DNA of 64,000 nucleotides from a bacterium (GTDB taxonomy: Bacteria; Electryoneota; JAOADG01): positions 4,000,001 to 4,064,000 of the forward strand of contig OY820579.1 in the NCBI GenBank assembly GCA_963681965.1, in the 5' to 3' direction. This document shows positions 31,874-41,074 of the stretch, one piece after another; the stretch's first letter is position 1, and each line of letters starts with the position of its first letter. The notes beneath the pieces were generated by a model. It was not told where the DNA came from and did no database searches. It saw nothing but the letters and a program-made list of their open reading frames with translations. Position numbers and translations under genes: made by a program.

Positions 31874-31952
31874 CTTGTCACGGCACTATTTTGTTTGTAA
31901 ACAGACATGACCGTTGTTATACTATTGAACTACCTGTCCGACCGGAGACGCC

Positions 31953-34697
31953 ATGAATTTCCGCCATCGCAGATTTCCACAATCAATGATCGTTTTCGCG
32001 ACGACGCTCGTCTTCGTTCTATCGCTTCTTTTTCCGCAAATTTCATACTCGGTTTCGGTGCAATCGACGCGATTACCGCACCCGTTCCAATTCACCGAGA
32101 ACAAAGGGCAGTGGGACAGTGCCGTCCTGTATAAATGCGAGGTGCGCAGCGACGGCTTCACTTGGTTCCTCGAGCGCGATGGTGTCACCCTCGTCACCTC
32201 CATCATCGATTCTTCTTCTTTGGTAGGGGCGGTTCGCGAACCGCCCGTGTCCGTTAATGATGCACGATTCGATCCCAATGGTCGTATCCATCATTCCCGT
32301 TTAAAATCTCACGCGCTCAAATTAAAATTTGTTGACTCCCGTAGGGGCGAATCACAAAGTGCTCGCCGAAGGCAATCGCATTCGCCCCTATCCGATCAAG
32401 ATGCACAAACCAATCTGGGCGCGTCCGCGCCCACAGGGCGAATGCGATTCGCCCCTACAGAAAAATATTCGACACAAGAGGATGTCGGAATAAATTCCGA
32501 CCTACTGTTCGCACAAGCTAAATGGATCGATGCACAAGGTGAATTTTCATGGCACAATAATTATTTCTTGGGGAATGATTCCTCGAAGTGGGCACCAGAT
32601 TGCCGCAATTTCTCTCGCGTGGTGTATCATGATGTCTGGGATGGCATCGATGTCGAGTGGTATGAGAGTAAGGGTCATCTTGAATTCGATTTTGTGGTTC
32701 ACCCCGGTGCCGACCCGAAACAAATCAAGATGGTGTGTGAAGGGTTGGAAGCGCCAATCGCAGGCGGAGGACGGACACTCTTGTCCGTCGACTCAGATAT
32801 TTCTGTCACAAAAGGGAGTCGGACAGGAGTGTCCGACCTCCGATTATCGAATGAACTCTCGCTTCTCACTTCCCTCGGTGAATTGCGGATGATAATTCCG
32901 GGGGCATACCAAACCACTGCGAATGGCTCTCACGGAAACGCTGTCACGGCACAATTCAGACTTGTGTCCGAAAATCTCTTCGCAATCGATTTGCCGAATG
33001 GGTATGATCAATCGCAAACGCTGAGGATCGATCCGCTGGTGTATAGTACTTATTTGGGAGGGAGTGGAGTTGAAGGACTTACTAGCGCAACTATTGACAT
33101 CTCAGGAAATCCAATATTAACTGGATCTACTAACAGTATTAACTATCCTACCACTCCTGGCACTATCGAGAGAATGAATGCAGGAGAATATGATTGCTTC
33201 ATCTCCAGATTAGACTCTACTTTATCACATCTTCTATTCAGTACTTATCTCGGCGGTACATTCGGTGATTATGGAGAAGAAATAACTTTTGATTCGCAGA
33301 ATTTTATTTATGTAACCGGTTCAACTGAAAGCGACAACTTTCCAACAACATCAAATGCATATTGTCAAACTCATTCTGGCTTTCGAACTGATGATTGTTT
33401 CGTATTAAAAGTGAATTCGACCGGTTCGCAATTGCTCTTCAGTTCAATGATTGGAACAAGTGCTCAGGAAGTTAGTAATGCTATCATAGTTGATGAATCG
33501 GATAGCAGTTGTATCATTACTGGATCGACCGGAGGTATTACATATCCCATCACTGCTGGTGCATATACACCTCCCTTCAACGTAGGAGCAGTCATTACTA
33601 AATTCGATATGTTCCTTCCGACATTACTTTTTAGCACCTATATCGGTGGTACAAATGGTGCAGAAGGTAATTGTATAACAAAACTGCCGTTAGATCAATC
33701 AATAATAATTGGTGGATATACATTCAGTTCAAACTATCCATGTTCAATTGATGCTTATGATACGACATTTAATGGAGCTGTTGATGCATTTATTTCGCGA
33801 TTAAGTCACGATGGAAGCAATTTATTGAAGAGTACATATTTAGGTGGAACCGTTTGGGATGGAATTCATCATTTAGCAGTATCCCAGGACAGTTTGATCA
33901 TTGCTGTTGGTTATACTTCAAGCAGTGATTTTCCCTATTCAAGAAATGCCTTTGATTCAACCCAGCATGGTGGATATGATTGTTTTGTTACAATAATTAA
34001 TAACAATTTATCGACCATTTCATATAGTTCATTGTATGGTGGTCCCAGTAATGATGTCGCAGTTATTGTTCAATCGAACAATTCAGGTTTTATCGATGTT
34101 GCTGGATACACTGCCAGTGGAAACTTTCCAACTTCTGCGAATGCATTTCAACGAACTTTTAATGGAGGTGCTAACGATTGTTTTGTAATGAGATTCGCAT
34201 TGCAAACCCCTGCTTCATTTTACTCAACCTTCCTAGGTGGATCCGGTGGCGAAGCTGCCTATGGTATTGCGGAATTGACCAGAAATCGATTATTCGTTTT
34301 TGGTTCGACTTCCAGTACGAATTTTCCGATGACAACCTTGGGGTACGATACTGCACATAATGGTGCAGGAGACTGTTTCATTGCACAATTCACCATTGAT
34401 AGTACTTCTGTACAAGAATCCTCACCGTTACCAAATTCCACACTTTTGGTTAAGAATTACCCGAATCCTTTCAACGCAACCACTACGCTTTCCTACACCC
34501 TTCTAACTTCATCTCGCGTCGATCTTCGCCTCTACGACATCACCGGTCGCGAAGTATCGACGCTGGTGCAGCGCGAGCAGCGTGCCGGATCGTATCGCGT
34601 GTTGCTCGATGGGTCGCGATTAGCAAGTGGCACCTACTTTGTTCGCTTGCAGGCGGGTAGTTTCAGTAAGACGCAGAAGATTGTGTTGTTAAAGTAA
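31953..34697 (+). CDS. Secreted SBBP-repeat beta-propeller protein with T9SS-type CTD and in-frame palindrome insertions
   Basis: FTENKGQW, NYFLGND..KW, FDFVVHPGADP and IDPLVYSTYLGG N-domain; repeated 'STYLGG....G.T.S.NFP.T..A....GG..D.F'; YPNPFN...QKIVLLK CTD. Confidence 0.88.
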   Translation: MNFRHRRFPQSMIVFATTLVFVLSLLFPQISYSVSVQSTRLPHPFQFTENKGQWDSAVLYKCEVRSDGFTWFLERDGVTLVTSIIDSSSLVGAVREPPVSVNDARFDPNGRIHHSRLKSHALKLKFVDSRRGESQSARRRQSHSPLSDQDAQTNLGASAPTGRMRFAPTEKYSTQEDVGINSDLLFAQAKWIDAQGEFSWHNNYFLGNDSSKWAPDCRNFSRVVYHDVWDGIDVEWYESKGHLEFDFVVHPGADPKQIKMVCEGLEAPIAGGGRTLLSVDSDISVTKGSRTGVSDLRLSNELSLLTSLGELRMIIPGAYQTTANGSHGNAVTAQFRLVSENLFAIDLPNGYDQSQTLRIDPLVYSTYLGGSGVEGLTSATIDISGNPILTGSTNSINYPTTPGTIERMNAGEYDCFISRLDSTLSHLLFSTYLGGTFGDYGEEITFDSQNFIYVTGSTESDNFPTTSNAYCQTHSGFRTDDCFVLKVNSTGSQLLFSSMIGTSAQEVSNAIIVDESDSSCIITGSTGGITYPITAGAYTPPFNVGAVITKFDMFLPTLLFSTYIGGTNGAEGNCITKLPLDQSIIIGGYTFSSNYPCSIDAYDTTFNGAVDAFISRLSHDGSNLLKSTYLGGTVWDGIHHLAVSQDSLIIAVGYTSSSDFPYSRNAFDSTQHGGYDCFVTIINNNLSTISYSSLYGGPSNDVAVIVQSNNSGFIDVAGYTASGNFPTSANAFQRTFNGGANDCFVMRFALQTPASFYSTFLGGSGGEAAYGIAELTRNRLFVFGSTSSTNFPMTTLGYDTAHNGAGDCFIAQFTIDSTSVQESSPLPNSTLLVKNYPNPFNATTTLSYTLLTSSRVDLRLYDITGREVSTLVQREQRAGSYRVLLDGSRLASGTYFVRLQAGSFSKTQKIVLLK
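32223..32841. repeat. Cluster of REP-like palindromes inside the CDS
   Basis: GTAGGGGCGGTTCGCGAACCGCCC (32223), GTAGGGGCGAAT..ATTCGCCCCTA (32341), GGGCGAATGCGATTCGCCCCTAC (32436), GTCGGAATAAATTCCGACCTAC (32484), and the inverted pair GGAGGACGGACACTCTTGTCCGTC (32766) / GTCGGACAGGAGTGTCCGACCTCC (32818). Confidence 0.8.
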
Positions 34698-34711
34698 TTC
34701 ATAGTGTGAAC

Positions 34712-34789
34712 AGTAGGGGAGGGCTCGTGAGCCCTCCCGCAGGTCAGGCAAAGCCCGACACTGAATCATGACAACTTATTTTCAAGAAC
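34712..34789 (+). repeat. Miniature element copy C (left TIR missing)
   Basis: GTAGGGGAGGGCTCGTGAGCCCTCCCGCAGGTCAGGCAAAGCCCGACACTGAATCATGACAACTTATTTTCAAGAA matches the right two-thirds of copies A and B. Confidence 0.78.
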
Positions 34790-34845
34790 TACTATAGTAC
34801 GGATGTTTCAATAGGTGTCAGTTTATTGGATTGGATCAATATACA

Positions 34846-34873
34846 AACGCCGGACAGCGCTGTCCGGCGTTTC
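34846..34873. terminator. Perfect palindrome, probable bidirectional terminator
   Basis: AAACGCCGGACAGCGCTGTCCGGCGTTT. Confidence 0.7.
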
Positions 34874-34909
34874 GTGCTAATTTTTCAACCATTGAATGGG
34901 GGGTTTTCA

Positions 34910-35149
34910 GTGGTCGATAGAAGATCTGTAGACTAGAAGATATGTTGTATGGATGAACCGTAGTCTAGATGGAGCGTAGTCTGGAAGTGCAGTAGTATGG
35001 AAGAAATGTAGTTTAGATGTACAGTAGTCTCGAAGGCAAGTAGTATAGAAGAACCGTTGTTGCGCCAAACTGTAGTGATGGATGGGATGTGGTAGTTGAA
35101 TTCCGTTGTGAGTGCAGGTCAGTGGTAGATAGATGTGCGGTTGTGCAAC
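34910..35149. repeat. Degenerate tandem array with ~16-bp period, consensus GTAGT-N-T-R-GA-W-G-NNNN
   Basis: Anchors at 34928, 34944, 34960, 34976, 34992, 35008, 35024, 35040, 35056 and 35072 are spaced exactly 16 bp apart; further anchors at 34910, 35089, 35105, 35122 and 35140 are spaced 16-18 bp. Confidence 0.85.
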
Positions 35150-35212
35150 AATATACGAAATATTTCACGAACCCGGAAACCCTTCGGGAGTCGCCGGGTT
35201 CGCAAGAAAGTA

Positions 35213-36682
35213 CTAGCACAAATCCCGACGAATTTCATCGATCTGTGCGCCATTGTCGTTGAAGATCCGGACGATCAAAGGCAACTGTCCGGGTAATGTA
35301 TGCGTCGCGCAGCCATGGCAGGGGTCGTAGGCGCGGAATGCCATCTCGATCATGTTCAGGATCCCGTCATCGACTTTCCCCTGCTTGATCAAACCCTTTG
35401 CCGATTTATCGACCGACATCGTCATCCGTGCCGAATTGTTCTGCGTCGCAACAATCATATTCGCCGAAGTCAATACCCCGCGCTCATCGGATTTATAGTG
35501 ATGGAACAAAGTACCGCGCGGTGCCTCGACACAGCCGATGCCCTCTTTCGGTGTCGCGGTCGGCAGCGTTCGAACCTTGTCCGACGTGATTTCCGGATCG
35601 TTCGCTAATTCCTGCATCCGTTCTGCGGCATACAGCAACTCGATCAAACGTGCCCAATGATTCGCCAGCGTCTGATGCACCGGTTTGCCACCGAGTGTCT
35701 GATAGAACTGATCGCACGCGGCTTGCGCCAACGGGGTTGCAAAGCCATCGGCGGCATTCAATCGCGCTAACGGTGCAACGGCATAGATTCCACTTTCCGG
35801 ACCGTCGGTGAAGCCTTTCCAACCTACCTTCTTGAGGTAGTTGAATTTCATGTAGCTCCACGATTCGACATGCTCGACGATATGATCGCGATACTCTTTC
35901 GGATCGAATTTCAAGAACTCTTTTCCGTCCGGGCTGACGACGCGCAGCATCCCGTCGTAAAAATTCACTTTATTCTTCGCATCGACCATACCCATGTAAT
36001 AGGTGCGATGGGTGTAGGTATCGGACAAAATCGTATCGACGTAACCGGAATTCTTCAGCACGATGTCGTTGAATGCTTTCAAGCTGAACTGTGCGAATTC
36101 CACCGCATGCTTGGCGCCCGCGATGAACTTCTCCTGCTCCTCTTTCTGCATCCGCTTCGCAACACCGCCGGGTAAACCGAACACAGGGTGAATCACCTTG
36201 CCGCCGAGCAATGAAATCAGCGATCGCATTTCGCGACGGAAGCCGATGACCTCCTTACCGATTTCCAACCCGACTTTTCCGATTACTCCGACGACGTTGC
36301 GCTCGCTGCGCGGGGCAGTCGGACCGACGATGAAGTCGGGACCGCCGAGGAAATAGAAGTGCAGTGCATGGTCTTCGACATAGAAAATGCTATAAATCAA
36401 CTCACGCAATTTCTTCGCAGCCGATGGCGCATCCACTTTGTACAGATCGTCCAGCGCTTTGGTAGCCGCCATGTGGTGCGCGGTCGGGCAGACACCGCAT
36501 ATTCGCGAAGTAATCTGCGGCATATCCTCGGCAGGACGTCCGACGGCGAATTGTTCGAAACCGCGAAGTTCGGGGACTTGCAAATAGGCGCGATCGACAT
36601 TTCCCTGATCGTTGAGGAAGATATCGATTTTACCGTGACCCTCGAGACGAGTGATTGGATCGATTGTTACTTTCGAACTCAT
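35213..36682 (-). CDS. mvhA: [NiFe] hydrogenase large subunit, group 3c (MvhA)
   Basis: TRLEGHG, RGFE, RICGVCPTAH (L1), EAPRGTLFH, RAYDPCHGCATH (L2) plus a C-terminal extension. Confidence 0.93.
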   Translation of the reverse strand: MSSKVTIDPITRLEGHGKIDIFLNDQGNVDRAYLQVPELRGFEQFAVGRPAEDMPQITSRICGVCPTAHHMAATKALDDLYKVDAPSAAKKLRELIYSIFYVEDHALHFYFLGGPDFIVGPTAPRSERNVVGVIGKVGLEIGKEVIGFRREMRSLISLLGGKVIHPVFGLPGGVAKRMQKEEQEKFIAGAKHAVEFAQFSLKAFNDIVLKNSGYVDTILSDTYTHRTYYMGMVDAKNKVNFYDGMLRVVSPDGKEFLKFDPKEYRDHIVEHVESWSYMKFNYLKKVGWKGFTDGPESGIYAVAPLARLNAADGFATPLAQAACDQFYQTLGGKPVHQTLANHWARLIELLYAAERMQELANDPEITSDKVRTLPTATPKEGIGCVEAPRGTLFHHYKSDERGVLTSANMIVATQNNSARMTMSVDKSAKGLIKQGKVDDGILNMIEMAFRAYDPCHGCATHTLPGQLPLIVRIFNDNGAQIDEIRRDLC

Positions 36683-37665
36683 TTCGCAACCCCTTCCTTC
36701 GAATGCTGCGGTATCGCATGCAGAAACGACGATGCCAGCGAATAGCGATAAAATGTTCCAGCCGGATCGACTACCGCCTTCATAATCATTTCGATTTCAG
36801 CGTCGTCATTCGATGAGATCGACGTTGCAATCATCGATAGTGCCTTAGCACCGAAATCGCGGACACGACTGGTTGGACCAAGACATCCGGTGCAGGGCAT
36901 ATTGCCCGCTACGCATGCCGAATCGCATCCTTGACGGGTGGCAGGACCCATGCAGAGAAGCCCTTGCGCCAACAGACATTTTTCGGCATCGACCATGATT
37001 TCCGAGGGTCGATAAAAATGCTTCAATTCGAATTTTTCCGGTTTGGTTGCTTTGCGCACGCAATCGTCGCACTGCGCCTGATCAGGTGCCAGCACCGAGC
37101 CTTTCGGCGGCAGTTTGTTTTCAAAAATTGCCGTCAAAGCTGCTTGTACCAATTTGCCGGGAGGCGGGCAACCGGGAAGGTAATAGTCCACGTCGATGCA
37201 TTGATCGAGCGTCTTCGTCACGTCGAATAATTCCGGCAACGTTGCCGTTCCTTCCGGAACTTTCGATGAAGTCTGCGGATAGACATTGTTCGGATTGACG
37301 GTTGAGAACACATTACCGTATGCGGCATCGAGTGTAGATTGTTTCGAGTACAGATTTGCCAATCCGGGAATTCCGCCTAATTGCGCACAGCTACCGAAGG
37401 CAATCACTACTGCCGACTTGCGCCGAAGCAATTCCGCCATTTCCAACTGTTCGCTGCTGCGAATCGCACCATTGATGAAGCAAACTGCCAATTCACCGTC
37501 TTTCAATGCTTCGACGTCTTCTTTTTTAAAGTCCATCGCGCAGGGCCAGAAGGCGATATCGACGATATTGATGACATCGAGGATGCCTTCGTTCAAATCG
37601 ACGACTGCTTCTTCACAACCACCGCAAGCGGCACACCAGTATAAACCGATTTTGGGCTTACTCAT
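36679..37665 (-). CDS. mvhG: [NiFe] hydrogenase small subunit (MvhG)
   Basis: True start MSKPKIG with GGAGG RBS, overlapping the mvhD stop; CAACGGCE, FGSCA, LPGCPP, CL...G.LCMGPATR.GC...C......CTGC. Confidence 0.9.
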   Translation of the reverse strand: MSKPKIGLYWCAACGGCEEAVVDLNEGILDVINIVDIAFWPCAMDFKKEDVEALKDGELAVCFINGAIRSSEQLEMAELLRRKSAVVIAFGSCAQLGGIPGLANLYSKQSTLDAAYGNVFSTVNPNNVYPQTSSKVPEGTATLPELFDVTKTLDQCIDVDYYLPGCPPPGKLVQAALTAIFENKLPPKGSVLAPDQAQCDDCVRKATKPEKFELKHFYRPSEIMVDAEKCLLAQGLLCMGPATRQGCDSACVAGNMPCTGCLGPTSRVRDFGAKALSMIATSISSNDDAEIEMIMKAVVDPAGTFYRYSLASSFLHAIPQHSKEGVAK

Positions 37666-38174
37666 GCCACCGCCTCCTTCCGAAGTTCTTTCAACTTCGG
37701 TGCGTGACCGTTGTGTTGCAGATTCTTCGGTTCCAAGTGCAACGGTCCCAAGTTCCGGACTTGGTCGGTCATCTCGTTCATCACTTTCTGAACGCGATCC
37801 CCTTCCGATGCGGAAATCCATTCCAATCGCAGGCGCTCTTCTTCGATTCCGAATTGCTTCATCAGTTGCTTCAATAGTGTAAAGCGGCGCAACAATTTGT
37901 AGTTGCCTTCCTGATAGTGACAATCTCCGGGGTGACAGCCACCGATCAACACGCCGTCGGCGCCCTGACGAAATGCCGCCATGATAAATTGTGGATCGAG
38001 ACGACCCGAGCACATTACCCGGACGACCCGGGCATTGGGAGCATACGTCATGCGCGCCGTACCGGCGAGGTCGGCGGCGGTGTACGTACACCAGTTGCAA
38101 AAGAACGCAACGATTCGGGGTTCGAACCGACCGTTGTTACCGTAGGGTTCGGTGTTTCCGAAATGATCAGACAT
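37662..38174 (-). CDS. mvhD: MvhD [2Fe-2S] subunit
   Basis: FEPRIVAFFCNWCTY.AADLAG, RVMCSGR, GCHPGDCHY, WISASEG. Confidence 0.93.
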   Translation of the reverse strand: MSDHFGNTEPYGNNGRFEPRIVAFFCNWCTYTAADLAGTARMTYAPNARVVRVMCSGRLDPQFIMAAFRQGADGVLIGGCHPGDCHYQEGNYKLLRRFTLLKQLMKQFGIEEERLRLEWISASEGDRVQKVMNEMTDQVRNLGPLHLEPKNLQHNGHAPKLKELRKEAVA

Positions 38175-40173
38175 ATTCCATCACTCCTTCGATTTCCTCG
38201 AAGATTTGCAGGTCGGTAAACAGATGTTGTTGTGCGGCACCGGACGGGCAACTGCCGACGCAAGTACCGCAGCCCTTGCAGAGCGCACCATTCACTTGCG
38301 AAACACCGGTTTCGTTGTTGAACGAGATCGCACTGTAGGGACATAAGGAGACACACATCCGACAACCGGAACAATTCTTTTCGTCGATATACGCAGTGTT
38401 CGGTTCCAATTCGACAAATCCCGCATCGATCAGTGCGAGCGCTTCGGCGGCTGCGGCACCGGCTTGCGCCACCGTATCGGGAATGTCTTTCGGTCCCTGA
38501 CACGCTCCGGCGAGGAACACACCGTCCGTGAACGTCGAAACCGGAGCGAGCTTGGGATGTCGTTCTAAGAACCAGCCTTCGGAGCTGCAACTGATATTGA
38601 ATTTGCGGCGTACGTCTTCGGCGTCGTGATGCGCTTCGAGACCGACCGATAGCACAACCATATCGACGGGGATACGTCGTACGACACCCAGCAGCGTATC
38701 TTCGGCACGGAGGATCAGTTTGCCTTTCTCTTCCGGAGTGGCAGCCCAACCGCTCACTTCCGCGACACGACCGCGAATGAAGTGAACCCCTTCATTCAAC
38801 AATTTGTCGTAAAATTCTTCGTATCCTTTACCCGGCGTACGCATGTCGATGTAGAAGTTGTAGACTTCCGCTCCGGTGCGTTCCTTGATCAGGTGCGCCA
38901 GTTTGAGCGAATACATGCAGCAGACGCGCGAGCAGTATTTATTCGTTTTCGCATCGCGACTGCCGACACAGTGAATGACACCGACCGATTTCGGTTTCGT
39001 CACGCCATCGCGCAACGTCACTTCACCACCTGTCGGACCGGATGCGTTGACCAGTCGTTCCACTTCGATACTGGTGAAGACATTGGGATATTTGCCATAA
39101 CCGTACACCGGCATCCGTTTCGGATCGAAGGTTTTGAATCCGGTGGCGAGGATGATGGATCCGACGTCGATCTCTTCGATTTTATCTTTTTGATCGAAAT
39201 CGATCGCATTGCGTTCGCAGGCATCGACACACGGCTTCTTGCATTTGCCATTGGCAAGGAAACTGCAAGTCAATGGATCGATCAACACTACTGACGGTGT
39301 CGCTTGCGGGAACGGCATATACACCGGTTTACGCTTGCTCAGTCCGAGATTGAATTCATCGTCGAATCGCGGTTTCTTGAAGGTGCACTTCTCGACGCAT
39401 TCGTTGCAGCCGACGCACAATTCTTCAATCACGTAGCGCGGTTTCTTGCGGACTTTCACTTTGAAATTGCCGACGAAACCACTGACACTGTCTACTTCGG
39501 AATATGTCCACATCGTGATATTCTTGTGGGCACGTACTTGCGACATCTTCGGCGTCAAAATACAAGCGGCACAATCGAGTGTCGGGAAGGTCTTGTCGAA
39601 CTTAGCCATGTATCCGCCGATCGTCGGTTCGCGTTCGACCAGATACACTTTCTTTCCGGCATCGGCAAGCTTGAGTGCGGCGTGGATACCGGCGATACCG
39701 CCACCCACTACCAATACATTCGAGTTTACCGGTACATGCGATTTTTCCAGCGGGGTATGGTATCGAACCCGACGAACCGCACCGGCTACCAATGCTTTCG
39801 CTTTGACAGTAGCACCGACTTTATCGGAGGTAACCCAACTGACGTGTTCGCGAATATTCGCCATCTGGAAGAAATAAGGATTGGTGTCTCCGGCGGCGGT
39901 CGCGCGCTGGAAGGTCGCTTCGTGCATCAACGGCGAGCAGGATGCGACGATCACCCGATTGATTTTCCCCGATTTCAAATCCTGTTGGATTAGATCCTGA
40001 CCCGGATCGGAGCACATAAATTTGTATTCGGTGGCGATCGTGACATTGGGAAGCGTCTTAGCAAATTCGACGACTTCCTGAATATTTACTTTGGATGCGA
40101 TATTGATACCGCAATGGCAAACATACACGCCAATTTTTACTTCTTCCGGTTTATTTCCGTTTAGGATTGACAT
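38167..40173 (-). CDS. hdrA: Heterodisulfide reductase subunit A (FAD/Fe-S)
   Basis: GVYVCHCG.NI, GGGIAG, DKTFPTLDCAACIL, CVGSRD, YCSRVCCMY, GACQGPKDIPD and a C-terminal ferredoxin. Start trimmed to MSILNG (GGAGG RBS). Confidence 0.95.
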   Translation of the reverse strand: MSILNGNKPEEVKIGVYVCHCGINIASKVNIQEVVEFAKTLPNVTIATEYKFMCSDPGQDLIQQDLKSGKINRVIVASCSPLMHEATFQRATAAGDTNPYFFQMANIREHVSWVTSDKVGATVKAKALVAGAVRRVRYHTPLEKSHVPVNSNVLVVGGGIAGIHAALKLADAGKKVYLVEREPTIGGYMAKFDKTFPTLDCAACILTPKMSQVRAHKNITMWTYSEVDSVSGFVGNFKVKVRKKPRYVIEELCVGCNECVEKCTFKKPRFDDEFNLGLSKRKPVYMPFPQATPSVVLIDPLTCSFLANGKCKKPCVDACERNAIDFDQKDKIEEIDVGSIILATGFKTFDPKRMPVYGYGKYPNVFTSIEVERLVNASGPTGGEVTLRDGVTKPKSVGVIHCVGSRDAKTNKYCSRVCCMYSLKLAHLIKERTGAEVYNFYIDMRTPGKGYEEFYDKLLNEGVHFIRGRVAEVSGWAATPEEKGKLILRAEDTLLGVVRRIPVDMVVLSVGLEAHHDAEDVRRKFNISCSSEGWFLERHPKLAPVSTFTDGVFLAGACQGPKDIPDTVAQAGAAAAEALALIDAGFVELEPNTAYIDEKNCSGCRMCVSLCPYSAISFNNETGVSQVNGALCKGCGTCVGSCPSGAAQQHLFTDLQIFEEIEGVMEYV

Positions 40174-40177
40174 GGTA

Positions 40178-41074
40178 TTATGCCTCCGCCATTGCTGGGA
40201 TGCGCTCAAGCGACCTCAACGGCATGAACATTCGTTGCATTCCCAATTCATGCGGGGTCGCGCCAAATGCGTGCCCGACGACCTGCGAGAAATATGCGAC
40301 TTCCATATCGACGTTTTCTTCGAATTCCTTCGCCATGACATTTTGGAAGCATTCGAGATTGAATTGGCACAATGGGCAGGCAGTGACGATGATATCTGCT
40401 CCGAGCATTTTCGCTTCGCGAAGAATGATGTAGCTGAGGCGCATACCCACTTCGCGAATGGTTCCGGTAAGTGAACCGCCGCAGCATCGTGCTTTCAGTT
40501 CCCAGTCGATCGTTTCGGCGCCAAGAGCCTGCATCAATTGATCCATCGTCTGAGGATTGTGCTGATTGTCGAATTCGGCATAGGGACGAACAATCTGGCA
40601 GCCGTAATAACACGCGACTTTCAACCCCTTCAAAGGTTTGACAACCTGCTTTTTGATAGCGTCGATACCGATATCGTTGATCAGGATGTCGAGTGGATGA
40701 CGAACTTTGACGGTATCGTGATATTCCATCTGCGCTGCGCCTAATGCGCCTTTGATCCGATTTCGGATTTCGGGATATTCCCGCATGTACTTCTGGGTTT
40801 TCTTCAGCACCAGATAGCAAGCATTGCACGGCGCCATCAGCTCCGGAGGCGTCGCACTGTCTTTATTTTGTTCTTCGCAGAGCGACAGGTTGCGGGCGGC
40901 GAGGGCAAATGCGCGCGATTCATCGACCGACATATACGAAGTCGCCCCGCAGCAATTCCAATCTTCCAATTCGGTGAGCGAAACCCCTAGTTTCTTGAAA
41001 ACCGTCAGAATCGACTCTTCGTAGACCCGACCGGAACTCTTCAACGAGCATCCCGGAAAATAGTTGTATTTCAT
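40178..41074 (-). CDS. hdrB: Heterodisulfide reductase subunit B (CCG domains)
   Basis: YFPGC, DWNCCGA, APCNAC, YYGCQ, CCGG, TACPLCQFNLE. Confidence 0.93.
   Translation of the reverse strand: MKYNYFPGCSLKSSGRVYEESILTVFKKLGVSLTELEDWNCCGATSYMSVDESRAFALAARNLSLCEEQNKDSATPPELMAPCNACYLVLKKTQKYMREYPEIRNRIKGALGAAQMEYHDTVKVRHPLDILINDIGIDAIKKQVVKPLKGLKVACYYGCQIVRPYAEFDNQHNPQTMDQLMQALGAETIDWELKARCCGGSLTGTIREVGMRLSYIILREAKMLGADIIVTACPLCQFNLECFQNVMAKEFEENVDMEVAYFSQVVGHAFGATPHELGMQRMFMPLRSLERIPAMAEA

Noticed and set aside
31057-31956. 299-aa alternative-frame ORF
   Set aside because: It overlaps the membrane-protein gene, runs through its terminator, and has an Arg-rich off-frame composition.
34910-35149. 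CRISPR array interpretation of the 16-bp repeat
   Set aside because: The units are far too short, there is no identical 23-47-bp repeat with unique spacers, and no cas genes are in the window.
35168-35203. Archaeal-SECIS-like hairpin (GAAA-CCC-TTC-GGG-A) after mvhA
   Set aside because: The motif is antisense to the operon, and hdrA, mvhD and mvhA have Cys codons with no in-frame UGA.
35013-35219. 68-aa ORF across the array
   Set aside because: A 16-bp period is incompatible with a peptide repeat, there is no convincing RBS, and the product has no recognisable features.
37666-38100. N-terminal extension of MvhG in the ORF track
   Set aside because: It overlaps mvhD in another frame; the true start is MSKPKIG at 37665 with a GGAGG RBS.
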